In this document: in pieces, positions 1 to 13,442 of the stretch
Position numbering within the stretch: the stretch's first letter is position 1
Layout: each line of letters starts with the position of its first letter
Source: Zygnema circumcarinatum SAG 698-1b
Lineage: Eukaryota > Plantae > Zygnematophyceae
DNA length: 64,000 nt
Direction of reading: 5' to 3'
NCBI GenBank assembly: GCA_037447605.1
Contig: CM074814.1
Location: forward strand, 930,001-994,000
Notes under the pieces: model-generated
Databases searched by the model: none
What the model was told of the DNA's origin: nothing
The model's input: only the letters and a program-made list of their open reading frames with translations
Translations under genes and position numbers: made by a program

Positions 1-515
1 ACAGTTCTTCCTCACATTCTTGGTTTTGGACTGCCCGAAAGCAGGTGACGTCGTCGTCCTCGTCTATTATCCTTGTCTTTCACTCAGTTGTATATGGTCT
101 ACCATTTCACTTTGCTTTAAATGCTTCACAAGACCTTGTATGTATAGATCATAGAGAGAGAACATTATTTATCGAGTTTCAAGTTGCCATCAAGCGAATC
201 CTATTTTTAGTGCTGGGCCTCTCCCATGACTAAGTCGAGACGAAATCGAAAAGTAAGGAAATGCGCGCTAGAAGTGCACAGGATATGGTTTTCAGAACGA
301 TATGTATAAAGCCTTCATTGATTGGCGAGCCTGATAATTCTCCGCTTTTGTTGTTTGCTCAGTTTTGTCGATCAGAATCGTTATCCTCTCCCTCGTTTCC
401 CTCCGTTCAATCGTCTTTTTCTCTGTGTACAGGAAAAGGATCACCTGGTACATGCCATCAGCAACTCTGGCAATCAAACACTGATCTGAAAACTTCTCTT
501 TCTGTACATGTGCAG

Positions 516-2099
516 ATAGAGGAGCTGAAATCAGCCATGAAGGACTCAAATATGCCCTGGCCTGGCGATGAGAGTGAGGAGCGATGGCAGCAGGCCTGGA
601 AAGCAATTACAAAGGTAAGGCCAACCCTTGCAGAACCTTGTTCATGCGGTATGTAAAGGCGAGCATTCAGACTCCAAGCTCAGCTTGTTACTAGTGCTGT
701 TCCTGGCTGAGCCTACCTCAAAGAGCAGATCAAGCTTGCTGGTTTTTGGTTTTGCTCTTTTGGAGAGACAAGAAATTTAGCAATCAGCGGTCAGTGACGG
801 TATTGCATTGTTTTTTTCTTCTTCGTCCTGCTGCAGAAAGTTTTGTCGCTCGTGCTTGTTACTGGTACAATTGTCACGTGTTGTTTTCAGCTGCTTTAGT
901 CCATTGGATATGCTCTGTTTACCTGCAGGCATACTTTTTTTGTCTTTCTATCGATAACCAGTTCTGAGTTCTGTTTGCTGGCGGTTGTGCAGGTCTGGGC
1001 ATCGAAATGGAATGAACGAGCCTATTTCAGCACACGTAAGGTCAAGTTGAACCATGCAGATCTATGCATGGCCGTATTGGTTCAGGAGGTTATCCAAGCT
1101 GACTACGCCTTTGTCATCCACACTACCAACCCGTCAACAGAAGACAGCACTGAGATCTATGCTGAGGTAAGTGGTGGTGATGTTGCTACAGCATTCTTGT
1201 AAAGTACAAGATGTTTAAATGGAAAAAGAGGCTTGGCATCTGGCTGGTAGACAAAGCCCCAGATCAGTGCGTGTTATAATCTGAATGTCTTTTTCTGCAT
1301 TTGCAGGCGGTTAAAGGGCTTGGTGAGACTTTAGTGGGCGCATTTTCTGGTCGAGCCCTCAGCTTCAGCGCTAAGAAGAACGCCCTTGACTCTCCGAAGG
1401 TGTGCATTGGTCTCGGCCCTTGAAACTTCTTCTTTGGTTGTAGACTGCCACCTTGGTGGCTCTGCAATGAGACAAGACATCAAGATGCAGTGTGTGTGCA
1501 AAGTGCCGCATAGTCTTGAAATGACGAACGCAGGTTGACGCTTGGACTTTCAGTTCTAATAAAGAGCACGTTTTGCAGGTCTTGGGCTTCCCCAGCAAAC
1601 GCATTGGACTCTTCATCAAGCAGTCTATTATTTTCCGTTCAGATTCGAATGGAGAAGACTTGGAAGGCTATGCCGGAGCTGGACTGTATGACAGGTCAGT
1701 TCTCATTCCCTTGTCCGTGAAAGCTACTTCTGAATGCTAACTATTAGAAGCTCGAGATTTCTGGCTAAACCAGGCTACGTACTGTTGAACGCTCAACCAA
1801 ACTGAGCACATCCCTTCAAGTCCATGATGCATGCGTCATTCTCTGCACTATCCCTCACTAAGCAATTGTCTGTGTCTGTGTACACTAAATGCAGTGTACC
1901 CATGGACAAGGAGGAGGAAGTGATCGTGGACTACTCTACCGACCAACTTGTCACAGACCTCAAGTTCCAAAACGACATTTTGACGAAGATTGCCAAGGCC
2001 GGGCTTGCCATCGAGGAGGTCCTGAAGTCCCCGCAGGACATTGAAGGAGTCATCAAGAACGGAGAGCTCTACGTTGTGCAGACCCGGCCCCAGATGTGA
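516..2099 (+). CDS. GWD: Alpha-glucan water dikinase (GWD/R1), C-terminal nucleotide-binding domain; 5' part lies upstream of these exons
   Basis: GT-AG exons 516-614, 993-1166, 1307-1399, 1579-1694, 1895-2099 splice in frame to ...MPWPGDESEERWQQAWKAITKVWASKWNERAYFSTRK...DYAFVIHTTNP...KGLGETLVGA...FRSDSNGEDLEGYAGAGLYDSVPMD...PQDIEGVIKNGELYVVQTRPQM*, the characteristic GWD C-terminus. Confidence 0.95.
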
Positions 2100-4853
2100 G
2101 CTACCCGTGTACCATGCCATGACTCACCCTATGGCTTCCACTGGCACGTGAGAAAGCATCACCATCATGGCCATGTACACATCATATAAGGGTATGGTCC
2201 TCTCCCCTGTAAGCCACCGTCCATAGCGTTGTGAGCCTGGAGGGTCATACCGTAGCTCAGATATAGCTCAGGTAGGACTCCTGTCGTGAGACACACTATC
2301 TATGATTGCATATATACACATGTCAGGGTTCAGGATTAGGATTAGGGCTTGTTAGGGTTGTGAGCTCCCTTTTTATTGTACTGAGACCGAGAAGTGAGTT
2401 AATGTTTGGAGTGGAATGAAGCTACTACTACGAACTGCACTTGTGCCGATTGGTTGTGAAACTGACAACTCCTCCTCAACAAGCGACTCCTGTACATGCT
2501 GAGACTATGTGAAGTATGCAAACATACGGTGCTGGCGAGATTACAAAACTCGAAAGAGTTTAGAGAATTCAGCAAATAGCTGGAAAAACAAAAGTTCAAT
2601 GTTCAGAAATTCCTAAAGAAATTAAAAAATGTGGTATTTTGCCTCTGTCAAGCGAAGGGATGTTGCGTGCTGCAATTCACGACGACGGGTGGCAAACCCT
2701 TCACAGCCAATTGACCTCGAAATTGACTTATTGAATTATGATGAGGAAGGGGCAAAGGCGACAGCCAGTGAACTTGTGCCTGTGCCGTGTGTTCGCAAAC
2801 TGAGCGCAATTCGATTTTCATGAGCCTTCTTGAAACTACTTTTGCAATAAATAGATGACAAGTTTTCAATCGGCCCAGCTTTTTAAAGCAACCCGAGACG
2901 CTGTGCTTGACTTGTGGAGTCAATCGTTCGCCAAATGTCAACAACCTTTGACGCGTGCGAACAACCTCTAAGGGTAACATTCATTCGCGTGAGGCCCACT
3001 GAGTGCATTTCAGCACAGGGAGGGGGCTCCTGCAATGCAGCCCAATAGGCGCCACCTGCACATGAAGGGGGCGAAGAATTCCGGACAATCCAGGGAGACG
3101 CAAACTTACTTTTGGGTTCCAGGGTTAGGGCTAGGGTTCAGGGTTCCAGGGTTACTCTCTCGCTCTCCCGTCTTTCCCTCCCTCTCGTCCTCTCCCTCCT
3201 CACCCTCTCTCTCTCTCTGTTACTTTCACTCTCTCTCTCTCTCTCTCTCGCTCTCCCTCTCTCTCTTTCCTTCTCTCTCTCTCTCGTTCTTCCTCTCTCG
3301 CTCTCTTTCTCTTCCTCTTTCTTTCCTTCTCTCTCTCGCCCTCCCTCTCGTCCTCTTCCTCTCCCTCGCGGCGGTCATGGCCTCCTCTCCCCCTCCCTTC
3401 CCTCCACACGTGCCGGAGCACCTTTCGTCACTGCTGCCTCTGCAACCCACATCCAATCACGACTCGCCACGTGTACAAAACGGCCTATGTGGTGAATTTG
3501 ACCGTTGACCGGTGCCACGTTGGCAGTTATTGTCGGTGCCGCGAGCGCGAGCGCGCCGACGTGTACCGTACGGCTTGTCGTGTTCCGTCGGCCCCTTGCA
3601 TGGAGGGCCAGCGCTAGGCTGCGCCTGAGCAGGCCCTGGGGGGGGGGGGAAGGGGGGGAAGAGACAGAGGAGAGTGGGAGGGGAGGGGAGAGGAGAGGAG
3701 AGGAGAGGAGGGGAGGGGAGNNNNNNNNNNGGAGGGGAGGGGAGGGGAGGGAGGGAGGGAGGCTGGAAGCTGGCAGCCCGCAGTCCTGATACTAACCTAC
3801 TACAGCAGCAGCATATTGTTTTGCGTCGATATTTGGTGCAGTGGCAGTATTGATATGTTCTCGGAATAACATATGGTGAGGGGAAAGCGGGGCGGCTCAA
3901 GCTGCTGTTTTTCGCTTCACTGCACTGCACTGCAGCAAGTGGCAGGACTGTGTAAAGGGCGGCTGCTGATTTGAAGCTGGGCCGGAAAGAGTAGGGATCG
4001 AATGACAAGTATTGTACGTCGAAGAGCGTGAGGAGTTCGTTGCTACTGCTGCGACTCCTTTGGCGCGTTATCTTGGCGGCAGGTCGGTGGAATGAGAGGA
4101 TGGTAGAGATAGTTTGAATGGTTGGTCTTACTTTGAGAATGGAAAAGGTAGGAGTTTTGGTTCACTAATGGCAGGAACGTATGGAGCGCTTGGATGCTTG
4201 TTTTGTTGGACAGGAAACGTGGTCAAGGAGGAACAATGTATAAGGTTGACACGAAAAGTCACATTTTTTTTTAATGGTTTATTGTATTTTGAAGATAGGA
4301 GAGGGTAAATTTCTTTTTGCTTTGGATTTAAGTTTTCTCAAATATTTTTAATCTGTTTTATTTAAGCATGAGGTCCATACGATAATCCCGCGCTGCCAGA
4401 TTGCATTCTTAACTTGAGCACTACATAAAGATTTACCTTTGCTTCCATTTTCGTTTGTACATGCTATTCTTTAGTAATATGCTGTCCTTCAGTGATTCGC
4501 TACGAAGCAAGTCACCCGACTTCCCGCCCTTTTCTGCATTTAGAAAAAAAACGGAAAATCTTGATTTTTTTGAAAATCGTTATGCTCTGATACTCGTGTA
4601 GACATTGCGTGTAGGTTTTTTGGATGAATACGTATGCTCGACATCGTGTTCGAGAAGAGATGCGTGCAGGATGTGAAATCACGTAGGCAAAATGTGGATA
4701 AGTGAGCATTTTCGTTGGCCTCATCATGACCAGCTGCCCCTCCATTCGTTTCTATTGATGCAGGATCTGTACACAGCTAATCAGAATAACTTGAAAGGAC
4801 TATGAGGTCTTTCGAGACCTCGCATTACTTATGTATTTTTCAATAGTAGGGAA

Positions 4854-7800
4854 ATGGTGGCGGAGATGAGCTTGAACCACAGAGAAGAATCGGAGGAGCT
4901 CAAACCATCCAATATTGAGGCTTTGGATGGGGAGAGGTACCCTGCAAATGGAACTATCTCGAGCAATAATGGAAATGCCAATGGATCGAATTCAGTGCCT
5001 GGAACTTTGAGGTCAAATGAAGTTTCAAGGAAGAGCGTGGATGATAAAGCGTTGCTTCATTCGATGCCGGAAAGTAGCGCTAGCTTGTTTCACAAAGAAA
5101 GTGGCATACAAGACGTAAATGGTTCGCAAGTGAATGGACCAGGAGTGCATTCGGAATATTATCGCAGAAGTGATGTAGAAGCCCAAAATGTGGATCATGT
5201 TGATGGAGAGGACGTCAATGGAAAGTTTGAAGGCGTATCAACAGGGGCTCTTTTTTGTGGCCCTCCACTCTTCATTGTTCTTTTTATAGTTGGACTGTGT
5301 AAAGGTGAGGACGTTCTGCCCAGTGCGTACGGCATCAAATTCCAGCCATTTCTTTCAGAGGAGCATTGCTGAAATGCTGAAATGCTGTTTGTTCCAGTTA
5401 ACATTGACTTTGTTCCATGTTCATGCTATCTCCTTTTAAGGTCTTGGGGGTGGAAAAGTTAATTTGAGAACTTCATGATTCCTCAGCCACCCACTCGCTT
5501 CAAGATCCTTTAAAATTTCTTGATGAGCATTATCCTGATTCCGACTAACCTGTCTTGTTCGTGCAGCTGTCATCACCGTTTTGCCGACTGTAATTGTGAT
5601 TGTGGTAGGAAACACGGGAACGGTTGTGGGCCTTTTTCCATGGACTGTGTGGTGCACATACAGCGCAGTATGGAGCACCCGTCAGCTGTATGTTGGCCAA
5701 AAGATATCAGCCATGGCACTGCTTCCTTTGCCTCTCTGCATTTGGCCCCTGGCAGTGTTGATGTGCAGCATGATCGGCAGTAAGGCTGCTTTCCACATTG
5801 CTCCAACAGACATTTGCGCCTCCTACCGGCTGAATAGACAAGCTAAGCAAATGTAATTATTGATGTTCAGTTTAGTAAGTTGACTGGATGTCATCCAGCA
5901 AGAACTTGAAGCCAATTTGAAAAGCGATTCTTCATCTACACACAATATGGTCTGGTTAATGACTGTTGCACCTCAGGTTTTGAGCTCAAATCCCACTTAG
6001 CTCGCCACGTTCTATTTTTTTACGAGGGTAATCAAAAGTTGAAGAGGCTGAATAGGGGCATGCTGAAGGTCGCCTGATTGTCTCTAGGGGGGGAATGGCC
6101 GAGTAGTAGAATCAGTCCTTTCCGACTTCTGTGCAGATCCTTAACTCTGACGGGCTCCGCTACTTGCAGGTTTATTGTATGGTTTTTTCAAACCACAGTG
6201 GGCGACCTTTAAGGCGATTCAGAATTATTCACTCGAAGATCGCCCTCTTCACATACTTAAAGTAAGTGACTGTTTGGATTGTCTGACTCGGTCATCACTG
6301 CTTCGATTCGGGTGGTTCATATATTACACTTCGTTACTTCAAGACTCCGTGGCTTTATGGCTTTGACGCATTCTATTCCTACATTTTCTTCTTCAAAGAA
6401 AACGTAATCTAACGAGGATAGATCATAGGCTGATAAAGAGGGACTACTTTTTTCGCCAGCGTCACTCGTTACCCACAATTCCAGGTTTGGAACTTCTGAA
6501 GATGCTTGCGTGCACCGCGAGTTAGAAGGCCCTCTAACATATCCGCTATGGCTGTTGCATTAGCTGCAGCAACCGCATCGTCAGTAATCTTCGTGGTCAG
6601 AATACATTAATGTAGCCCATATGTTTCCATTTTGCAGGATGGAGTCTGGGAAACTTGGGAAGGAGCTGCTTCCGTCGTTCGGGATTTTGCTGACTTCCAT
6701 TTTCACAGTTATGCCTCATATTTGGAATCCTTTGAGAAGAAGGAGCGCGCTCGGAAGCAGCCGCTCAAGTTCAGGTGAGTGACACTCAAAGTGAGATATT
6801 GAGTGAAGGAAATCAGGTGTTGTAATTCCAGACACCAAGAGAATCAGACCTGCTCCCTCTCTAGTCTTACTGATTATGTTTGGTAATCCAACTATGCTAT
6901 ACTTATCCATCACGTGCCCGCACATCTATCTACGGTCTACTCTTGATACACTCTTTTTTACATTTTGAAACCAGTTCAAATCTCAGGCCCTCCTTCCTTC
7001 AACTTATGCTCCTACATGTCTGAAAACCTTTAACACGCCACTTTGCTGCAAACTCTTCTCTAGACTCCTACGGCTTGTCTCACAGGTGTAAAAGTTTTCA
7101 GGGTACCATCAATGTTTCTGCAACTTGTGGTTTCTCTGCAGGCTTTTGCTCATTCCTGGTTGCATCTCTGTAGCGATCTTGGGCATCTGCGTCGACATAC
7201 CTCTCATATCTGTCCTTGCCGTGCTCAAATTCCTTCCTCTCCTCTTCTCTGGGTGGCACACACTCATCCGGAATGTGCTTAATCGAGGGGGCCCTGTGAG
7301 AGTGGGCTTGTGCCTCCCCCTAGCCTTTGTGGCCTTCCTCGCGTGGCCCTGTATGGTGCTGCTCATGCTGCTTTCTGCAGTCTTCTTCAGCTTTGTAGTG
7401 GCGATATACGCAGCAGTGGTGGCTTACCAGGTGAGTGAAATCATGCAGAATAACAACTAGCTCGTCAGGACATGAGAACACAGAACATGGGATGCAGGTT
7501 CGGTTTTGGAGAATCGTCCCTTCTTGTCTCGTAGCCCATGATATGGGTTTGTTTCTGATGGAAACTTTCCAGGCTATTGATGGGTGATGATATCTCCCGG
7601 ACGCTTGTTGAGTTCGGACTGTGATTTCACTGACACTGAAGGGTTGTGTCTATCTCAGGAAAATTCAATATTGAGCGGTGCCCTGTACACCATCGCTGTC
7701 GCTGCAGAGTTTGACGAATTTTCAAATGAACTTATCGGCCATGGCAACTCTTGCTTACCCAGGTAAGTCTACAGAAGGCTTTACATGCTGCTATAGTCTG

Positions 7801-9956
7801 GCTTATTCCAATTTAGAAATATACTTGCATGCCTCAGCCAACATGGTGGACTTGTCTAAGGGCGACACTTACAGTTTCATGTCAAAACCAAACATGGTAG
7901 CTCTACATGAGCTGAAGTCTGTTGCAATCGCCCTTTTCTAAGGACGCAGACCCAATTGAAGCTCTTTGGATACGTTTGTAAACCGTGCTGCTTCTTGCTG
8001 CAGGCCACAATATCGCAGTAGTGCAAGTTTTCGCCAAGGCTCCTTTATTTTCGACACTGAAAGGGGTGAGTTTGCCGATGCGCTTCCTGCAGAGCTCTCG
8101 ATGAATTCATCGAGAACGAGCCGGTCCATAGACAGAGATTCAATCCAGGCAAGCAGCAGGGGTTCAAGAACAGGCGACATTTTGAGACATCTGACGGATG
8201 GCACAATAGTGAGCAATGGTGAAGAACTGCGAACGCTGCAGGTACTCTCCTTGAGGGGCCCTTATCTAGTGTACCAAAACTGTTCATGAAAAGCAGTGCT
8301 TGAAGTTTCTTCTTCTTGTTCGTTGCCAGTCTAGGTTGCCCAGCTGCCTTGCGAACTCACTTGGAGTTGCTTCGTTGCAGACTTGGAAGAGTCTATTTCA
8401 CCACACAAGACAGCAAGGCGAGGAGCTATGCGACAAAGGTATGTTGTCGGAGAGCGACTTGGAGCAGTGGGTTGCCGCCAAAAGGACGACTGGAAGCACA
8501 ATTGCAGGCGCGGGGTTGGTGGGGCTCTGCCTTGTACGGACTGTGCAAAAGTCCCACAAGCAGCTCAGCGAGGGGCTGATGCTCGGTGAGTAGCTGGGTT
8601 TAGAAAGGCGGCATTTCTTGCCTATTAAAGCAAGAGCAAGTGTTCTCTATCGAGGGTTTTTAAAACAGCCGCCTCACGCTCATGTGCATGTCCTTGTCTT
8701 CGTTCTGTGAGCTCTGCATCTAATTGTTGGAACTCCATGAAGACCTTTGAAGTACTACTATGAATAGACGTGAAGCGGCGTATTTCCGCTCAGAACTGAT
8801 ATGACGGTGCCATCACTCTATTCTGCTCTGTACAATAAGCATTCTGAATTGTTCACTGAAGTCGTTATTGTGCCTACAGTTGTGATATCATAACTAATTC
8901 TATCATGCTGCACTGCATATCAACATTCGGACATTCACTTGTGGCAGTTAATGGGGTCTTAATGCAGTTGATGGCACCACGATTGAGTCCCGCAATCACC
9001 CTCGAAGTTCCTTCTTCGATTGGTTTTTGGAGCCGTTGTTGGAGCTGAAGGAACAATTGCGATATGCAGACCTTACCTCAAATGAAGAGCGCTACTTGGA
9101 GGCATGGGTCATCGCCGCAGACGATAGCCGCCGCTTTCAGAGGTGGCTGGATGGGATTGAAGACCCACCTGACAATGCGAGGAAGATGGGGATTCAGAGC
9201 TTTGGTCGCAGGTATGAATGGGCATTGTGACAAGTGGCATCTCTGAATCTAATCACAGCTCTTCCTTTCCTAGCTCTCCTAGCAGACGCATGGAATGAAC
9301 GATGAACTATTGTTGGGTTTTCTCTTAGGAGTAAGTTGCGGAAATTCTGTGCTTTGATGTGGGAGTAGCGGTTTCGACTGAAATATGGCACTCCGAAAGT
9401 GAGTGAACTTTGCTAAAAGTTCACTGTGTAAGAAGGAGATGGGGCAATATCTCAGTCAGTGATAGTCGCTATCACTATGTAAACACCAGTACATTTATGA
9501 ATCGCGCCCCCTCGCATGCTAAATATCCTAGATACGTCGAATGCAAGTCAGCAGAATACTGGTGTACAGATAACGCTGCTCATTGAATTCAGAGTGGAAA
9601 TATATGCCAATGTCTGTATCCTATGCCATTCGATATCACCCAACTAGTCAGTACGCACTTTGTTCCATCTTCTAAGCAGTGCAGTGGATGACCACAGCCC
9701 TCATGAAGCCCCAGTAAGCTGTTGCATCTCCCTCGCTCTCTCACCTCAGCTCCTTGTACTCCCTCACCTGGTCAACCTGACAAATCCTGGGCATGTTTCG
9801 TTCTGCAGGATACAAGGCATGGCAGTCTCAATGACACGATTTCCAACATTCCGGCGTCGGCATCAAGCAGTGATTCAGCACTTGCTGGAGTACACGCGAG
9901 CAGAAAGTGTTGATCTAATGATGAGATCAAAATCTGCGCCTAATTTATTAATGTGA
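4854..9956 (+). CDS. Conserved plant multi-pass membrane protein, At3g27390-like
   Basis: Exons 4854-5304, 5567-5779, 6170-6261, 6638-6774, 7142-7430, 7659-7762, 8004-8241, 8381-8585, 8968-9211, 9809-9956 join in frame. Motifs VRDFADFHFHSY, GICVDIPLISVLA, SCLPRPQYR, FFDWFLEPLLELKEQ, RIQGMAVSMTRFPTFRRR match the family as I recall it. Several hydrophobic helices. Confidence 0.88.
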
Positions 9957-10904
9957 TTATTGAGACATCAGTGGTTGAGGGAACTTGAAGCCGAGTGTGC
10001 TCTGTCTGCCCACCATGCACTGGGTCTCTTTTATGTTTTAATCTGACTGAACAAGGGTGACCTTGGTTAGTCCTCGTTTGCGAAACCTCTCACTTGGCTT
10101 CAGAAAATATATGAGGTGCCACTGGAGAACAGGAGGGCCGTGAGGGCAGTCGGCCAAGTGGCCAGAGGTTCTTTGGAACACGAGTTTCCGTTTTCCGTAG
10201 TTAAGCGTGTCCGTAGAACCTGCTCGTTGTTATTGCTTTGTTCGAAGGGACACTGGGAAGTAAACAAGAACAAAGCACAGTCGTGCATCATGTCCTTACT
10301 TCGTTTTTTGAAGCGGCTTGAAGAGCAGCACACTCGGTTTAACTGGCTTTAGACTTTGCGCTTCCTTAATTTCGGATTGTTGGCTCCAAGTCATTTCTTG
10401 GAATTGGAGTTAGGGAATGGTGAAGAGGAGGGGAACGTGCATTTTTTTTGTTTCTGATAGACCTCCACGAAACTTCAATCCTTCCCTTGAAGAAAGAAGC
10501 GTACTCCCCCGACCATTGTCGTTTTTTGCAATAACTGGTTCAGTATGGCAAGAAAGTGTGCGGATTACCTTCGTTTGGTCAGGAGAGTTTGCTTGATTAT
10601 TACCGTAGCCTCACTTCTGCCAGAATAACTAACCAGAACCACAAATTATGGGAGTAAGACTGCGAGGAACAACACATCTGCACGTGTGCACGTGCAGTTC
10701 GATAGCAGCACGATCGACAGTCATGAAGCGCACAGCAGCAGCTAGAAAGGGCGGTCTCGCACCGCGAACATGGGGGGGTTGGGGGGGGGGGGGGGAGGGA
10801 GGGGATGAGGGCCGTCCCAAGGGGAGGGAGACCGCGCCCTTCCTTTCCGTTCTCTGATTATTATTATGGCGGCGGACCTCTCTGGCACACCCACTTCTTT
10901 ACGC

Positions 10905-11110
<206 letters not shown>

Positions 11111-11305
11111 TAACCTGTAGCCACGTGGAGGAGCGTTACGGTAATGTGCGGCCGCCTGTACGGCTGAGCTTTTTGGAAGCGGCGAGGGTGAACCAGAGAC
11201 GAGGTGAAGTCGGCAGGAGTGGAGGTGAGATCAGGTTAGCTTTGGTAATTAGAAGGATCAGAGGAGGTCATTTCAGTAAGAGGAAAAAGTAGGATTGCTA
11301 AAATA

Positions 11306-11773
11306 TTGTGGAGGTTAGAAAGAGGAGGACGTGCGAAGGGTGGAAGGAAGCACACGACGATGGGTCCATTGATGCAGCAAGAGGGTGACATTGAATATTC
11401 CTGGATGGTGGCTACTGCAGCTTCACATCATGTTTGCGTGGATGCATCGATGTTTGAAGACTTGACACCTTTGAGGGAGGTGGTGACGGTGAGGGTCTCT
11501 GGACTATGTCAAACTCAAGTTACAGCTTCAGGCACAGTCAAGGTCGAGCTTTTGGTTGGGAACAGAAGCGAGATAATTACATTGAGGGACGTGATGTATT
11601 CTCCAACGCTGAACCATAATGTGTTTTCGGTTCCTCTGTTCACACAAGGAGGATATATGGTAATGTTTGCAAAAGGAGTTGTGGTGATAGAAAGAAATTC
11701 GTGTCAGATTGGAGAGGGAGTAGAGAAGGAAGGTCTCTACTTTCTGCGTTCGAGGAAAGGAAAACCTGTTTGA
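11306..11773 (+). mobile_element. Ty1/Copia pol relic: aspartic protease/beta-barrel segment, degenerate
   Basis: WMVATAASHHVC...GTVKVEL...ITLRDVMYSPTLNHNVFSV...GYMVMF...GLYFL follows the Copia pattern WxxDSGAxxH...LxDVLYVPxLxxNLLSV...GLYxL. The catalytic Asp position reads Ala; stop at 11773; no integrase or RT follows. Confidence 0.8.
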
Positions 11774-12762
11774 GCTCCCCATGCAGCAAAGACCAAGGGG
11801 AAGGCGACAAACGCAGCACGCGGCAGAGACTAAGGGAGAAAGCCAATACTGCACGGGAGGGAGGCTAGGACATCTCAGATATACTCGAATGGGAAAAAAA
11901 AACACATATCTACGTTTTCTTTCAACGATTGAGATTATTTGTTTGATGTCCCTTGATCATCGAATGTCTGCTTTCGCACTTGCAATGTACTATTTTGTCC
12001 TCTCTCTTCAATTTTATTTGCGTTTTTGGTTCTTGAATTGTCCTTAATTTGCTTCAGGCGATGTGGACCCTACGAAGATGTCAGACGTTTGATAGAAAGC
12101 TTGTGCTCAACTGCATGTAGTGATGTGGCATGGATGCATTTCCTGTAGAAAATTTAGAAGCAAGTGTCGTGCCATTACATTTTATATTTCTAAAGACCTT
12201 CGGGGAGGTGAACGGTGGGGGGTTGAAAGTATGATGAAGGATTCGAAAGATGCGTCACAAATGAACTCTTAGCCATTGGTTGGTGTGTCACAAACGCGAT
12301 CGCAAAGTGAGCATCATCCTTCAGCCTGGGCTGCTTTGACAGAGAGAGAGGGATAGGAAGAGGTAGAGGGAGAGGGAGAGGGAGAGGGGGAGGGGGGCGG
12401 AGACGGAGACGGAGAAGCGATTTTTGTAAGAGATTAGAGACGGTTGCGGGAGAGATAGAAGCGAGTGAGTCGTAGTTGAAGGATAAATCTCATGAATTTT
12501 AAGGAGTGAAAGCTGACATGAAGATTTATAAATAGAGAGGACGAGGAGGCGGGGGGTGGTGTTTACATCGCGGCAGAGAGAGAGCTTCGGGACATAGTGA
12601 GAGCCGGGGAAGAGACGAGGAAGAAGAGCGACAGGAGGAAGCGGTCCTCTTGTGAGGCTCACTGCTTCTGCGAAGACTCTTACCCTTCTTCCACTCTGCT
12701 GTTTAAAAAAGAAAAAAGAGGAGGAAAGGGGGTGCCCTACCCGTTTCTCTCATCTTAGGGGC

Positions 12763-12888
12763 TATTTACACACCTTTTTTGGAAAGATACACACCTGTTC
12801 TCGGCGGTCAGATTTTATTTTAAAGTTTTTAGGGTCGTGGTTTTTTTTTTTTGAAGGTGTGTATCAAGCCAAAGAAGGTGTGTAAATA
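12763..12888. mobile_element. Small foldback/MITE-like inverted repeat (126 bp)
   Basis: Left TATTTACACACCTTTTTTGGAAAGATACACACCT; right arm reverse-complements to TATTTACACACCTTCTTTGGCTTGATACACACCT. No TSD found. Shares the GATACACACC and CAGATTTT motifs with the 24.5-27.3 kb element. Confidence 0.6.
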
Positions 12889-13442
12889 ACGAGTTCCTCC
12901 CTCCTTTAGCCGGGTATCATTTTCCCTCTTTTAGCCCTACTTTTAGTTCTAAAAGTCCTAGTTTTAGAACTAAATAGAAAAAGAAAAGCTAAAAGGTTGC
13001 ACGTGCGGCTATCCTTGCACAGAACGTGACGGTGGTAGGCGCATTCCAATACCGTTGCGCGCACCAAATAGGATGACCTTTTGCGCCACGTGGCCGATTT
13101 TTTTTATAACTGCCACCGCGAACAAGCCCTAACGGCACACGTCAGCGAAGGTTCCACCAACTCGCCTCCGGGCGGAAAGATCCGTACGAGCAGGGCTTCC
13201 GGGCGGCGGATTTTGTCGTTTGGGAGAAACAATAGTTAATGTTGTATCGAGATATTGTAGACGTATCGGAAGCTACCGAAAAAGCGTACAGCAGCGCGGC
13301 ATCGCCGCTGACGGTGGTCGGTGGCTTCTGATTGGTGAACGGGTTGTTGAACTGACGTTTTACTGTGGCGCAAACCAACTGGAGACTCCTGAAAAAGGTC
13401 GCTCCAGTAATAGAGACACAACAAAAAAGTTTCAAAAAGCAT

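Noticed and set aside
1-470. Possible extra GWD exon before 516
   Set aside because: No frame of 1-44 or 431-480 resembles the expected GWD sequence; probably intron.
2399-2980. Short ORFs with Cys pairs downstream of GWD
   Set aside because: Interrupted by stops; no convincing RING or TE motif.
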